A stretch of 64,000 bases of DNA from an uncultured delta proteobacterium (GTDB lineage Bacteria > Myxococcota_A > Polyangia > Polyangiales > Polyangiaceae), in contig CAWAIF010000003.1 of the NCBI GenBank assembly GCA_963782055.1, positions 4,160,001 through 4,224,000 on the forward strand, written 5' to 3'. Below the pieces are notes generated by a model. That model ran no database searches. It was not told the origin of the DNA and was given only the letters and a program-made list of their open reading frames with translations. Below, one piece after another: positions 51,931 through 64,000 of the stretch; position 1 is the stretch's first letter; every line of letters starts with the position of its first letter. A program made the translations under genes and the position numbers.

Positions 51931-52953
51931 CTAGCCGCCCCGCGTGTGCATCTCGCGGTGGGGGTCGGCGCGCAGCCGGCTCACCGGGACGAGCGCCTCG
52001 CGCGGCGCGGCGCGGGCGCGCTGCTCCGCGCCACGGTCCTCGCGGCCTTCCCAGGCCCCGGTGACGAGCCGCGCCAGCTCGTCGTCGCTGGCGCCCGCGC
52101 GCAGCGGGCCGCGCAGGTCCAGGCCGCCGCCGGCGTACAGGCAGGTGAGCCACACGCCGTCGGCCGTCAGTCGGCTGCGGTCGCACTTGCGACAGAAGGG
52201 CGCCGTGGTGCTCGCGATGACGCCGAAGACCTGGCCGTCGGGCAGGCGGAAGCGCTCGGCGGGCGCCGAGGAGGTCGGACCCGCGAGCGGCGCCACCGGC
52301 CCGCGGGTGGCGGCGATGCGCTCGAGCATCTCGGCGCGAGAGACGACGTCGCGCATGGACCAGCGCGTGGCGCCGCCGACGTCCATGTACTCGATGAAGC
52401 GCAGCTCCACGGCGCGCTCACGCGCGAAGTCGAGCAGGTCGAGGAGCTCGTCGTCGTTGTGACCGCGGACGATGACGGCGTTGACCTTGGTGTCGCAGAA
52501 GCCCGCCTCGGCCGCGGCGCCCACGGCGGCGAGCACGTCCGCGTGGCGGCGCGAGCGCGACATGCGCTCCGCGCGCTCCGCCCGCAGGGTGTCGATGCTC
52601 AGCGTCACGCGGGAGAGGCCGGCGCGGCGCAGCGCGGCCGCGCGCGGGCCAAAGAGGACACCGTTGGTGGTGAGCGCCAGGTCCTCGGCCCCGGCCTCCG
52701 AGGCCAGGCGCCCGACGATGGCCTCGGCGTCGGGGCGCAGGAGGGGTTCGCCGCCGGTGACGCGGAGCTTCGGCGCGCCCAGGCCGACGAAGAGCCGCGC
52801 GAGGCGCACGATCTCGTCGGCCGTGAGGAGCGACTCGCCGGGCAGCCAGGCGTAGTCCTCCTCCGGCATGCAGTAGACGCAGCGGAGGTTGCAGCGGTCG
52901 GTGAAGCTGAGCCGCAGGCTACGGAGCGGCCTGGCGAGGCGGTCGACGACCAT
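51931..52953 (-). CDS. moaA: GTP 3',8-cyclase
   Basis: TDRCNLRCVYCMP, TGGEPLLR, RFIEYM, FCRKCDRSRL, C-terminal GG. Confidence 0.93.
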   Translation of the reverse strand: MVVDRLARPLRSLRLSFTDRCNLRCVYCMPEEDYAWLPGESLLTADEIVRLARLFVGLGAPKLRVTGGEPLLRPDAEAIVGRLASEAGAEDLALTTNGVLFGPRAAALRRAGLSRVTLSIDTLRAERAERMSRSRRHADVLAAVGAAAEAGFCDTKVNAVIVRGHNDDELLDLLDFARERAVELRFIEYMDVGGATRWSMRDVVSRAEMLERIAATRGPVAPLAGPTSSAPAERFRLPDGQVFGVIASTTAPFCRKCDRSRLTADGVWLTCLYAGGGLDLRGPLRAGASDDELARLVTGAWEGREDRGAEQRARAAPREALVPVSRLRADPHREMHTRGG

Positions 52954-53049
52954 GGGCGCCTCAAGGTGGCACACCCCGAGCGAGATGGCGACCCGGGTGG
53001 GGAGCGCTTTGCGCGCGCAGCTCGACCGGCATATGGCAACATATCGAGC

Positions 53050-54066
53050 ATGGGTCGTCCTTGGCTTCGCGGGCTGTGGGTTGTCGCTGCGGTGGCGGGC
53101 ACCGCGATCACGTCGTGGGTGGGGTGCGCCAAGGCGATCGATCCCTCGACGTCAGGCGGTGACGGCGGGACGTCCGGCGGCGAGTGCGACGCGGGCCTGA
53201 GCGCGTGCGGCGCCGACTGCGTGGACCTGACCCGCGACGCGAAGAACTGCGGGGCCTGCGGGACGGCGTGCGGGACGGACGAGGCCTGCGTGAAGGGCGC
53301 CTGCTCGCTGAGCTGCGGCTCGGCGAAGGCCAAGTGCGGGCAGACGTGCGTCACCCTCTCGACCGACCCGACGAACTGCGGGAGCTGCGGGGTCACGTGC
53401 GAGGCCGGGCTGAGCTGCGTCCAGGCGGCGTGCACCCTGGTGTGCGACGCGGACGCCGGGCAGACCAAGTGCACCGACCAGTGCGTGGACACGCAGACGG
53501 ACGTGAACAACTGCGGGACGTGCGGGACGCCGTGCACGCAGGGGCAGACGTGCCAGTCGGGGGTGTGCTGCGACGCGGGCCTCACCAACTGCAACGGCAC
53601 GTGCGTCGACCTGACGAAGGACAAGGACAACTGCGGCAAGTGCGGCATGGCGTGCAGCGGCGGCACGCCGGTCTGCGTGAGCAGCGCGTGCTCGGCGGGG
53701 GATCTGGTGGGCACGCTGGGCAACCAGAGCTTCTACAAGGTGCTCGTGAGCGGCACGATGACGGACACCAACGTCTACGCCGCCTGCACGGGCGCGGGCT
53801 TCAGCGTGGGCTGCCAGGCGACCAACTGCCCGCAGTACACCGACAACGTCTGCGTGCCGACGCAGGAGAGCAGCTGCGGAAACCCGATGTACGGGCTCGC
53901 GCAGGCGCTGGGGTGCAGCTCGCCGTCCAGCTGCGCGCAGCTGAACGGCGTCTACCAGTACATGGGCCACAAGTGGCAGAGCGACGCGGCGTGCGGCGTG
54001 GAGAGCGGGAGCTGGTGCTCCACCGGGACCAGCTACTCCAACCGCTACGCGCTCTGCGTGCAGTGA
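53050..54066 (+). CDS. Cys-rich repeat lipoprotein (MXAN_6577-like repeats) with a distinct C-terminal domain
   Basis: Lipobox-like WVGC; four CVD...D..NCG.CG..C repeats. Confidence 0.85.
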   Translation: MGRPWLRGLWVVAAVAGTAITSWVGCAKAIDPSTSGGDGGTSGGECDAGLSACGADCVDLTRDAKNCGACGTACGTDEACVKGACSLSCGSAKAKCGQTCVTLSTDPTNCGSCGVTCEAGLSCVQAACTLVCDADAGQTKCTDQCVDTQTDVNNCGTCGTPCTQGQTCQSGVCCDAGLTNCNGTCVDLTKDKDNCGKCGMACSGGTPVCVSSACSAGDLVGTLGNQSFYKVLVSGTMTDTNVYAACTGAGFSVGCQATNCPQYTDNVCVPTQESSCGNPMYGLAQALGCSSPSSCAQLNGVYQYMGHKWQSDAACGVESGSWCSTGTSYSNRYALCVQ

Positions 54067-54097
54067 CCTTCGGCGGCGCGGGGGCTACGCTCGAGGC

Positions 54098-54544
54098 ATG
54101 AAGAAGCGCTTCCTTGGCCTCGGTCTCTGGGCGGCGGGGACGCTCCTGGTGACGGCTCCGGCGGTGGTCACCTCCCTGGGGACGACGGGCTGCGGCGGGT
54201 GCGTGAAGGGCACCTGCCTCTGCCAGGACGGCGCTTCCTTCGCCGCGAACGCCGTCCCTTGCGACTGCGATGGGCTCTGCTCCACGCACGGGGGCTTCTG
54301 CTCGCTGGGCGACTGCACCGGGGACGGCGGCGACGCGGCGGCGGACGCGATGACCGACGCGGCCGCGGAGGCGTCCGGCGGCAAGGACGGCGGGCTCGGA
54401 CAGGGCGCCCCCTGCGATCTGCAGGACGACCTGTGCGGGAGCGGTCTCAAGTGCTGCGCCGAGCCGACGCACATGCTCGACGCCTCCACGCAGGATATCT
54501 GCGTCCCGCCGGAGGACGGCGGCGTCTGCCCGCAGTATCCGTGA
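54098..54544 (+). CDS. Cys-rich exported protein
   Basis: Signal peptide ending TTGC; many Cys; DAA/DGG linkers. Confidence 0.78.
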   Translation: MKKRFLGLGLWAAGTLLVTAPAVVTSLGTTGCGGCVKGTCLCQDGASFAANAVPCDCDGLCSTHGGFCSLGDCTGDGGDAAADAMTDAAAEASGGKDGGLGQGAPCDLQDDLCGSGLKCCAEPTHMLDASTQDICVPPEDGGVCPQYP

Positions 54545-54614
54545 CGCCGGCCGTCTGACCGGCCGGCGGGGAGGAGGCCCGGAAGGGCCGCCCTTCACGC
54601 CGCCCCGCCTCCGC

Positions 54615-54728
54615 CGCTCCACCGCAAGCGTCCTTGCAATGGGACGCTGGAGCACCAGCTCCCCGAGGCCCCCCCCTCCCCGGCCGCCCCACGGCACGTC
54701 GGACTGCAAGCGTGCTTGCGGTGGAGCG
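54615..54728. repeat. ~114-bp element bounded by 25-bp inverted repeats, between convergent genes
   Basis: CGCTCCACCGCAAGC-gtcc-TTGCA (from 54615) vs TGCAA-gcgt-GCTTGCGGTGGAGCG (to 54728); outer 15 bp perfect. Confidence 0.75.
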
Positions 54729-54769
54729 CGGGAGCAGACGGCCTGGAGGGGACGGGGGACGCCGATCGG

Positions 54770-57382
<2,613 letters not shown>

Positions 57383-57536
57383 GGTGGGTTCCTCGTCCGG
57401 GCCGAACACGGCCCGGTACGACGACGGCCGCCCCGCGCCCCGGCGCGGAGATCAGCTCGACCGGTCCGCCGTCACACCCAAGCTAAGTCCTCCTCCGGTG
57501 TGCGCAAGATGCGTGCCTCCTTGCGGGCTCGGAGCG

Positions 57537-58778
57537 CTAGTCCGGCTCGACGTGGCGGACATAGTCGTCGATGGCCTCCTTGGCCGCGGGATCGAGGGCG
57601 CTGAACTCCAGGCCCACCGCCGCCCTGGTGCCGTCCGACTTGAGCCAGCGCACCCGCCCCTCCCCCATCACCATGTGGCCTGCGGGCAGGGCGAAGCGGA
57701 TGACGACTCGCCCGTCCTGCGGTACCTCGCGGTTGGTCACCAGGAAGATCCCGCCCGCGGAGATGTCCTGGATGGCACCCTCGATGACCTCGCCCGACGG
57801 GAGGCGCAGCTCGACGGGCGCGGTGTACGGGACGCGGACGTGCCCGCGCCGGGACGCGGACGCGGCGTCTCCGTCGGCTTCCTTGGCGGCCATCGCCGCC
57901 TCCACCTCGACCAGCGCCTCGAGCAGCTCCGCGCCGCCTCGGAAGCGCTCCTCGGGCGAGGCCGCGAGCGCGCGGACGACGAGGTTCGCCAGCTCCTGCG
58001 GGACGTCCGGGCGGAGCTTCCTCACGTCGGGCCGCGGCGCGGTCATCGCCTTGACGTAGACCTGCTCGAAGCTGCCACGAAACGGCACCTGGCCCGTCAG
58101 GCACTCGAACAGCGTGGCGCCGAAGGAGTAGACGTCGGCCGCGGGTGTCACGCGACGCCCGCCGAGGTGCTCCGGCGCCATGTAGGCGGGCGTGCCGACG
58201 ACGGCGCTCGGCGGGCTGGAGTCGCGCACGTCCTCGCGCCAGAAGGTGGCCACGCCGAAGTCGATGAGCTTGAGCGACTTGCCCTCGGGCGTACGCACCA
58301 CCAGCAGGTTGCCCGGCTTGACGTCGCGATGCACCACGTGGGCCGCGTGCGTGGCCGCCAGCGCCGTCGCCGCGAGCCGGGCGATGACGAGGGCGTCGTG
58401 GATCGTCAGCTTGCCGCGCGCGGCCACGAGCGCCTCGACCGACTTGGCGCGCAGCCGCTCCATCACGACGAACGGCACGCCGTCTGCGACCCCGGCGTCG
58501 AGCACCTCCACCACCGAGGGGTGCTGCACCGCGCCGAGCATGCGCGCCTCGGCGAGCAGGCGCGAGCGCGCCTCCGGGTGGTCGTGGAACTCCGGCAGGA
58601 GCAGCTTCAGGGCGGACGGGCGCCCGGTGTACCGGTGCTCCGCGAGGAAGACGGCGCACAGGCCGCCGCGCCCCATCTCCCGGCGCAGGCGATAGCGGCC
58701 GTCGATGACCTTGCCGACGAGCTGCTCCGAAGACGCCGGCGCGCCGCGCAGCGACGGCGGCGGCTCATCCCCTTGCAT
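57537..58778 (-). CDS. Ser/Thr kinase with C-terminal PilZ domain
   Basis: HRDVKPGN, DFG, GTPAYMAPE; PilZ RRGHVR and DISAGG; VGLEF. Confidence 0.9.
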   Translation of the reverse strand: MQGDEPPPSLRGAPASSEQLVGKVIDGRYRLRREMGRGGLCAVFLAEHRYTGRPSALKLLLPEFHDHPEARSRLLAEARMLGAVQHPSVVEVLDAGVADGVPFVVMERLRAKSVEALVAARGKLTIHDALVIARLAATALAATHAAHVVHRDVKPGNLLVVRTPEGKSLKLIDFGVATFWREDVRDSSPPSAVVGTPAYMAPEHLGGRRVTPAADVYSFGATLFECLTGQVPFRGSFEQVYVKAMTAPRPDVRKLRPDVPQELANLVVRALAASPEERFRGGAELLEALVEVEAAMAAKEADGDAASASRRGHVRVPYTAPVELRLPSGEVIEGAIQDISAGGIFLVTNREVPQDGRVVIRFALPAGHMVMGEGRVRWLKSDGTRAAVGLEFSALDPAAKEAIDDYVRHVEPD

Positions 58779-58859
58779 CGCCCCAGCATAGGGGGAATTC
58801 GAGCGGCAAGCTCGGCCGAACAGCGCGCGCCATGGAGGCCGCGGGAAGTGTGGACTCGC

Positions 58860-60284
58860 TCAGAAGAGCCTGGCCCCCAGGCTGCCCGGCGCGAAGAGCG
58901 ACCGGGCGTCGTTGACCGAGATCGTCGCCGAGGGCGCGCCCATGGCGTAAGGCGCGACCTCGTACGGAGCGAACTGCACGCGCAGCTCGGGCACGCCGGT
59001 GGGCGGGACGTCGTAGCAGAGCTCGGTGTTCTCGCTGACCCGAGGCTGGTCCTCGTAGAAGCCCTTGTCCGAGAGCTTCTTCGTGGCGTACTGGCCCTGC
59101 AGGGCGGCGACCGTCAGCGCCTGCAGCTTCGCCCGCGCGGCGGGCGTGAGCTTCTGCCGCAGCGACACCAGCAGGCCACGCTTCAGGTCCGCCACGAAGC
59201 ACTGCGACACGCGGTTGCCGTGCGCGCCGCCCGTGTACTCGTAGCGCCACGTCTGCAGGCCGACGTAGTCGCCGCGCTGGCCGCTCACGCCGTAGCTCAC
59301 CTCGTAGTCGTACGGAAGCTCGGTGGTGGCGCCCGCGCAATCGTCCGCCGTCAGCTTCCCCCGCCAGGGCATGGCCGCGCGCAGCGCCCGGTCGAGGTGC
59401 CCCTGGACGCCGGCATCGGCGAGCCCGGCGAAGGCGGGGAGCACCGCGCTGGCCTTGCACGCCGCCCCGAAGGAGCCGAGCTCCTCCTGCGGCACCAGCC
59501 GCCCGCCCACGTCCAGCTTCACGATCTCCGGGTAGCTCTCGCCCCGCTCCAGCCACACCGGATACGTGTGCGCGCCGTCGGGCGACGTCCAGCGGGCCAG
59601 GACCGTGTCCGGCGCCAGGAAGACCCCGGCGAAGCGGCCGGTCACCGCGCCCTTCGCGTTCTTCTCCTCGAGCGTGAAGGTGCCGCCCGCGTCCAGCGTA
59701 CCGGACAGCGAGAGGTCCTCCTTGCTGCGCGTGTAGCGATATACGCCCGTGAGCGCGTGTCCGTCGCTGCTCAGCTTCGCGCGGATGCGCGTCGCGGCAC
59801 CCAGCGAGCCCACGAGCGGAACCTCCTTGAACGCCGCCCCTGCAGGCAGCGCGGGGGCGAGCGTCCCCGCGAGCGTCATGGGCTTCGCGCCCGCGCGCGG
59901 GTCGCGCAGCGTGGCCGAGAGCTTGCCGCCGGTCCACGTGCCGGAGAGCTCCGCCGGCTTGCGGCCCCTGCCGACCAGCTCGGCGGTGCCGAAGCCCGAA
60001 TCTGTCGCTCTGCCCTTCAGCACCATCGGCTCCCGCGAGGCGCCGACGACCAGCAGCACGCGCACCGCCTCCCCTTCCCGCTCCGTCGCCATCTTGAACG
60101 GCTCCCCGCCCCCGGCCGTGCCCGTGTACGTGGCGAAGGGCCGCGCCGCCGCCGGCGCGGCGTTCTTCCGTGCGCTCGACGCGCTCGACGCGCTCGACGC
60201 GGCAGACGTCGACGGGCCCGGCGGCGTGGACTTCGGACAGGCCACCACGCCGCCGAGGGCGAGCACGAGCAGGAGCCGCTTCAT
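58860..60284 (-). CDS. Lipoprotein with C-terminal DUF3298/RsiV-like domain
   Basis: Lipobox VVAC; YEYTGGAHGN; FAPYEVAPYAMG. Confidence 0.82.
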   Translation of the reverse strand: MKRLLLVLALGGVVACPKSTPPGPSTSAASSASSASSARKNAAPAAARPFATYTGTAGGGEPFKMATEREGEAVRVLLVVGASREPMVLKGRATDSGFGTAELVGRGRKPAELSGTWTGGKLSATLRDPRAGAKPMTLAGTLAPALPAGAAFKEVPLVGSLGAATRIRAKLSSDGHALTGVYRYTRSKEDLSLSGTLDAGGTFTLEEKNAKGAVTGRFAGVFLAPDTVLARWTSPDGAHTYPVWLERGESYPEIVKLDVGGRLVPQEELGSFGAACKASAVLPAFAGLADAGVQGHLDRALRAAMPWRGKLTADDCAGATTELPYDYEVSYGVSGQRGDYVGLQTWRYEYTGGAHGNRVSQCFVADLKRGLLVSLRQKLTPAARAKLQALTVAALQGQYATKKLSDKGFYEDQPRVSENTELCYDVPPTGVPELRVQFAPYEVAPYAMGAPSATISVNDARSLFAPGSLGARLF

Positions 60285-60300
60285 CGAGCCGCAGGGTACG

Positions 60301-61059
60301 TCAGCGCAGCTCGAACGTCTCGCGGACGTCGGCGATGAGCGCGCCCTCCCGGTCGAAGCTGCGCTCCTCGAAGGCGACGCGACCCGTGACGTGCACGCAC
60401 AGCACCGTCGAGCAGCGCGTTCCGTACGCCGGCGTACGGATGAACGCGGCGGAGAGCGGACGCTCCCACTCGATGGGCACGCCCGTGTGCGGCAAGTCCG
60501 CGTCCTCGTAGATGCCGCGATCGTCCAGCAGCCCGAACAGCTCCGCCACCCCCGGGGACGCCGGCCGCGCGAGCAGGGCGGTGAGCCGCCGCATCCCGGT
60601 CTCCACCTTGGGCCACGGCGTGTCCAGGCGGTGGTTGCTCAGCCCGTGAACGCCCGGCGTGATCGGCGTGGCCCCCGGCGCGTCGTCGCGCAGCGAGTAC
60701 AGGGCGTCGGGCGTGCCGCAGAGCAGGTTGAAGGACGGGTAGCTGGCGCGGTCCAGCGAGGCGGCGAGCTCCGGCGGCGACTCTTGACCCGTCAAGAATC
60801 GGCGGACAATCTCCCCGCGCGAGCGCCCTTCCCGCCGCGCCGCCGGGTCGCGGACGTTGGTCAGGGCGGCGAAGCGGCCCGCGCGCGTGACCCCCATCCA
60901 GGTCCCGCCCTTGGAGAGGTCGCGCCCGGCGAGCACCTCCGGCGCGTCGTCCCAGAAGGCGGCGGGCGCGGTGGGACGATCGTACGTCTCGTCGCGGTTG
61001 GCGAGGACGCAGAGAGAGAGATCCGGGTGGGCCCGGTACGCCACCAGCACGAGGCACAT
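60301..61059 (-). CDS. NRDE/TANGO2 family protein
   Basis: MCL start, ANRDE, GRDL..GGTW, SRGE, LSN, YGTRCST. Confidence 0.92.
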   Translation of the reverse strand: MCLVLVAYRAHPDLSLCVLANRDETYDRPTAPAAFWDDAPEVLAGRDLSKGGTWMGVTRAGRFAALTNVRDPAARREGRSRGEIVRRFLTGQESPPELAASLDRASYPSFNLLCGTPDALYSLRDDAPGATPITPGVHGLSNHRLDTPWPKVETGMRRLTALLARPASPGVAELFGLLDDRGIYEDADLPHTGVPIEWERPLSAAFIRTPAYGTRCSTVLCVHVTGRVAFEERSFDREGALIADVRETFELR

Positions 61060-61111
61060 GGGGGAATGCTAGCTCGTGCCGGGGCGCGCGGGCTGGGCTA
61101 GGGTGCGCGGC

Positions 61112-61945
61112 ATGGTCGAGCGGGCGTTCGTGACGGCGATGGGTCGGCGCATCGGGTTCGCGCGGGCCGGCGCGGGCGCGGAGGCGGTGGTCCTGGTGCA
61201 CGCGTCGGGGCTCTCGTCGAGCGCGTGGCGCGCGTACCTCGAGCCGCTCGCGGCGCGGTTTCTCGTCGCCGCGCCCGACCTGCTGGGCTACGGCGCGAGC
61301 GATCCGCTGCCGCGCGGCGAGCACGTCACCCACGCCGAGGACGTGGCGGCGGTGCGCGCGATCGTCGAGGCGCTCGGCGCGCCCGCGCACCTCGTCGGCC
61401 ACTCCTACGGCGCGGTGGTGGCGGCGAAGGCCGCCCTCGCCGAGCCGCAGCGCGTCCGCAGCGTCATGCTCCTCGAGCCCGTCCTCTTCTCCGCGCTCGC
61501 CGCGTCCGGCGACGAGCCGAGCCGCGCGGAGCGCGAGGCGCTGGAGTCCGGCGCCTTCCGCGACCCGGAGACGGGCGGCAAGACGGACTGGCTGCGCGTC
61601 TTCATCGACTACTGGAGCGGGGCGGGCACCTTCGACGCCATGACCGAGACGCAGCGTCGCGCGGCCGAGCGCGTCGGCTGGAAGACCTTCCAGGAGGTGA
61701 TGGACGTGTCCGGCGATCCCGCGCCCTTCGCCGCCTACGCGGCGCTGCCGCGGCCGGTCACCCTCGGGCGCGGCGAGCGCACCACGGTGAGCGCGCGGCG
61801 CATCCTGGAGCACCTGCACGCGGTGATCCCCGACGCGACGATGCGCGTGGTCGAGGGCGCAGGCCACATGGCGCCGCTGACCCACAAGGACGCGGTCCTC
61901 GCGCTCATCGAGGAGCACCTGCAGGGGGCGTCGCGCCGGAGGTGA
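61112..61945 (+). CDS. Alpha/beta hydrolase
   Basis: PDLLGYGAS, GHSYG, AGHMAP. Confidence 0.9.
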   Translation: MVERAFVTAMGRRIGFARAGAGAEAVVLVHASGLSSSAWRAYLEPLAARFLVAAPDLLGYGASDPLPRGEHVTHAEDVAAVRAIVEALGAPAHLVGHSYGAVVAAKAALAEPQRVRSVMLLEPVLFSALAASGDEPSRAEREALESGAFRDPETGGKTDWLRVFIDYWSGAGTFDAMTETQRRAAERVGWKTFQEVMDVSGDPAPFAAYAALPRPVTLGRGERTTVSARRILEHLHAVIPDATMRVVEGAGHMAPLTHKDAVLALIEEHLQGASRRR

Positions 61946-62747
61946 GCGCGAGCGCCCGCACGTGCGCCAGACCGGTCCCGCAGCAGGAGCCGATGACGCC
62001 CGCCCCGGCGTCCGCCCACCGCCGCGCGTGCGCCGCGTACTCCTCCGGGGAGACGGGCGGCTCGTGCCAGCGCGACGCGTTGGCGTACACGCCGAAGGGG
62101 GCGCCCAGGGAGGCGAGCGCCTCCACGTACGGCATCACCAGCGCCGCCGCCACGCAGTTGACCAGCACCCGCTCCGCGCCGGCGTCCAGACACGCGCGCG
62201 CCGCGTCCTTCATCGCGCCGGGGGTCATGCCCTCCGCGCTGGGCCCGGCGGTGAAGGACATCCACGTCGGCAGCCCGGTGCGCACACAGGCGCGCGTGGC
62301 GACCAGCGCCTCGCGCGGGCTGGGGAACGTCTCGCCGATCAGGCCGTCCACACCGCACGCGGCGAGCAGCGTCGCGAGCTCCTCGTGCTCCGGCCGCGCC
62401 TCGTCGTCGGGCGGGGCCAGCTCCGGCCGGTAGCAGTCCTCCAGCGGTCCGACGCTCCCCAGCACCAGGCAGCGCCGGTCCGGCGCGCCGCGCTCCACAC
62501 CCTCGCGCGCGAGACGGACGGCGTCGCGGGCCATCGACTCCCACGCGTCGCCCGCGGTGCGCCGCCGCGCGCGGAAGGTGTTGGTGCGGTGGATCTCCGC
62601 GCCCGCCGCGGCATGGTCCGCGTGCACCGCGCGCACCAGCTCCGGTGCGTCACGCAGGGCGACGGCGCTCCAGAGCGCGCTGGTGGTGTCCACCCCGCGC
62701 CGCGAGAGCTCCGAGCCCATCGGCCCGTCCAGGATGCGGGGGTTCAC
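61905..62747 (-). CDS. Homocysteine S-methyltransferase family protein
   Basis: [36 protein letters not shown] overlap with msrA. Confidence 0.88.
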   Translation of the reverse strand: MNPRILDGPMGSELSRRGVDTTSALWSAVALRDAPELVRAVHADHAAAGAEIHRTNTFRARRRTAGDAWESMARDAVRLAREGVERGAPDRRCLVLGSVGPLEDCYRPELAPPDDEARPEHEELATLLAACGVDGLIGETFPSPREALVATRACVRTGLPTWMSFTAGPSAEGMTPGAMKDAARACLDAGAERVLVNCVAAALVMPYVEALASLGAPFGVYANASRWHEPPVSPEEYAAHARRWADAGAGVIGSCCGTGLAHVRALALTSGATPPAGAPR

Positions 62748-63382
62748 GCGGGGGCGAGGCCGACGGGGCACGCGACGCCGGTGCCGCCCAGACCGCAGTA
62801 CCCGTCCGGGTTCTTCGCCAGGTACTGCTGGTGGTACTCCTCGGCGAAGTAGAAGTCCGGCGCCGCGACGATCTCGGTGGTGATCTTCCCGTGCCCCGCC
62901 TCGGTGAGCACGCGCTGGTAGGTCTCGCGGGAGGCCTCCGCGGCGCGCCGCTGCTCCTCGTCGTAGGTGTAGACGCCGGAGCGGTACTGCGTGCCGGTGT
63001 CGTTGCCCTGCCGCATGCCCTGCGTGGGATCGTGGCTCTCCCAGAAGGCGCGGAGCAGGTCCTCGTAGCTCACCGCGCGCGGGTCGTAGATCACCCGCAC
63101 CACCTCGGCGTGGCCGGTGCGGCCGGTGCACACCTCGCGATACGTCGGGTTGGGGGTGAGACCCGCCGCGTAGCCGACGGCCGTGGAGTACACACCGGGG
63201 AGCTGCCAGAGCTTCTTCTCCGCGCCCCAGAAGCACCCCATCGCGAACATCGCCGTCTTCATCCCCTCCGGGAACGGCCCGGCGAGAGGGTGACCGTTGA
63301 CGAAGTGCGCGGCGGGGACGGGCATGGGCTCGTCCCGGCCGGGGAGGGCCTCCTCGGGGGTGGGCATGCGGAGCGTGGCCAT
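62744..63382 (-). CDS. msrA: Peptide-methionine (S)-S-oxide reductase
   Basis: [28 protein letters not shown]. Confidence 0.96.
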   Translation of the reverse strand: MATLRMPTPEEALPGRDEPMPVPAAHFVNGHPLAGPFPEGMKTAMFAMGCFWGAEKKLWQLPGVYSTAVGYAAGLTPNPTYREVCTGRTGHAEVVRVIYDPRAVSYEDLLRAFWESHDPTQGMRQGNDTGTQYRSGVYTYDEEQRRAAEASRETYQRVLTEAGHGKITTEIVAAPDFYFAEEYHQQYLAKNPDGYCGLGGTGVACPVGLAPA

Positions 63383-63500
63383 GGCCCCACGCTACCGCCG
63401 CGCCGGGCGGCGCGCCACGGCCGCGCTGGCCGCGCCCTTCCGGCTGCCACGCGAAGGCATTGCGTGTAAGCTTGGGCGGTCCGAAAAAGGAGCTCTGCAT

Positions 63501-63914
63501 ATGCCTCGTTCCTGGAAGCTTGCGTTGTCACTCTTGTTCGTCGCCGCGTGCGGGGGGCCGCTGCACTACAAGCTCGCCTCCACCGCCAAGGCGCCGGGGG
63601 CCGACGTGGACATCAAGGCCGACGTGAAGCACGAACAGCACCTCACCGGTCTCGACGTGAGCGTCGAGCACCTGCCTCCGCCGGGCAGCGTGACCGCTGG
63701 CGCCACCAAGTTCGTCATGTGGGGCCGGAGAAACGCCCACCAGTCGTGGATCCGCATCGGCGACCTGCAGTACGACGACTCCAGCCGCAAGGGGGAGTTC
63801 CAGGGCACGTTCCCGGAGGTGGAGTTCGACTTCGAGATCACCCCGGAGAAGTTCGACGGCGCCGCGTCCCCCTCCCCCGAGGTGGTCGTGGCCCAGCACA
63901 TCGGCCCCGCATGA
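63501..63914 (+). CDS. Hypothetical lipoprotein
   Basis: SD AAGGAG; lipobox VAAC. Confidence 0.8.
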   Translation: MPRSWKLALSLLFVAACGGPLHYKLASTAKAPGADVDIKADVKHEQHLTGLDVSVEHLPPPGSVTAGATKFVMWGRRNAHQSWIRIGDLQYDDSSRKGEFQGTFPEVEFDFEITPEKFDGAASPSPEVVVAQHIGPA

Positions 63915-64000
63915 TGAGGATGTGAGCTCGCTTCACATCGCTCTCATCCCTTGCCTCTCCTGGTAGGGGCCCCTCCCACGCGAGCCCTCCGCTGCGCGTC

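Noticed and set aside
54574..54595. SRP-RNA-like GGCCCGGAAGGG hairpin
   Set aside because: Lacks the conserved CAGG/AGCAG internal-loop residues and the long flanking helix
60172..60198. GCGCTCGAC x3 tandem repeat
   Set aside because: Encodes an ordinary SSA low-complexity lipoprotein linker

Overview
Very GC-rich, gene-dense bacterial DNA. The gene content (Hanks-type Ser/Thr kinases, sigma54 activators, Cys-rich lipoproteins, TonB-fused receptor, protoglobin kinase) points to Myxococcota, probably Polyangiaceae-like; this is inference. About 55 CDS are supportable. They include an MFE-2-like beta-oxidation enzyme with three SCP2 domains plus an SCPx-type thiolase, an ECF/anti-sigma/TonB-receptor locus, an ackA-usp-RR-globin kinase-NtrC operon, three fatty-acid desaturases, moaA, clpB and msrA. 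The 4.5-12.5 kb region is accessory and rearranged: a ~735-bp direct duplication, gene remnants and orphan immunity-like genes. Two candidate novel systems stand out. (1) At 39-46 kb, an exported lipoprotein with atypical-kinase motifs is clustered with an Omp85-type barrel and a divergent NTT/TLC-type nucleotide transporter, sharing upstream motifs, which suggests extracytoplasmic ATP-dependent phosphorylation. (2) A small SEC-C zinc-finger gene can only be read through two successive +1 shifts, each at an in-frame TTT-C site. No rRNA, tRNA, CRISPR array or intact transposase was recognised. All family calls come from motif recognition by eye; no database searches were run.
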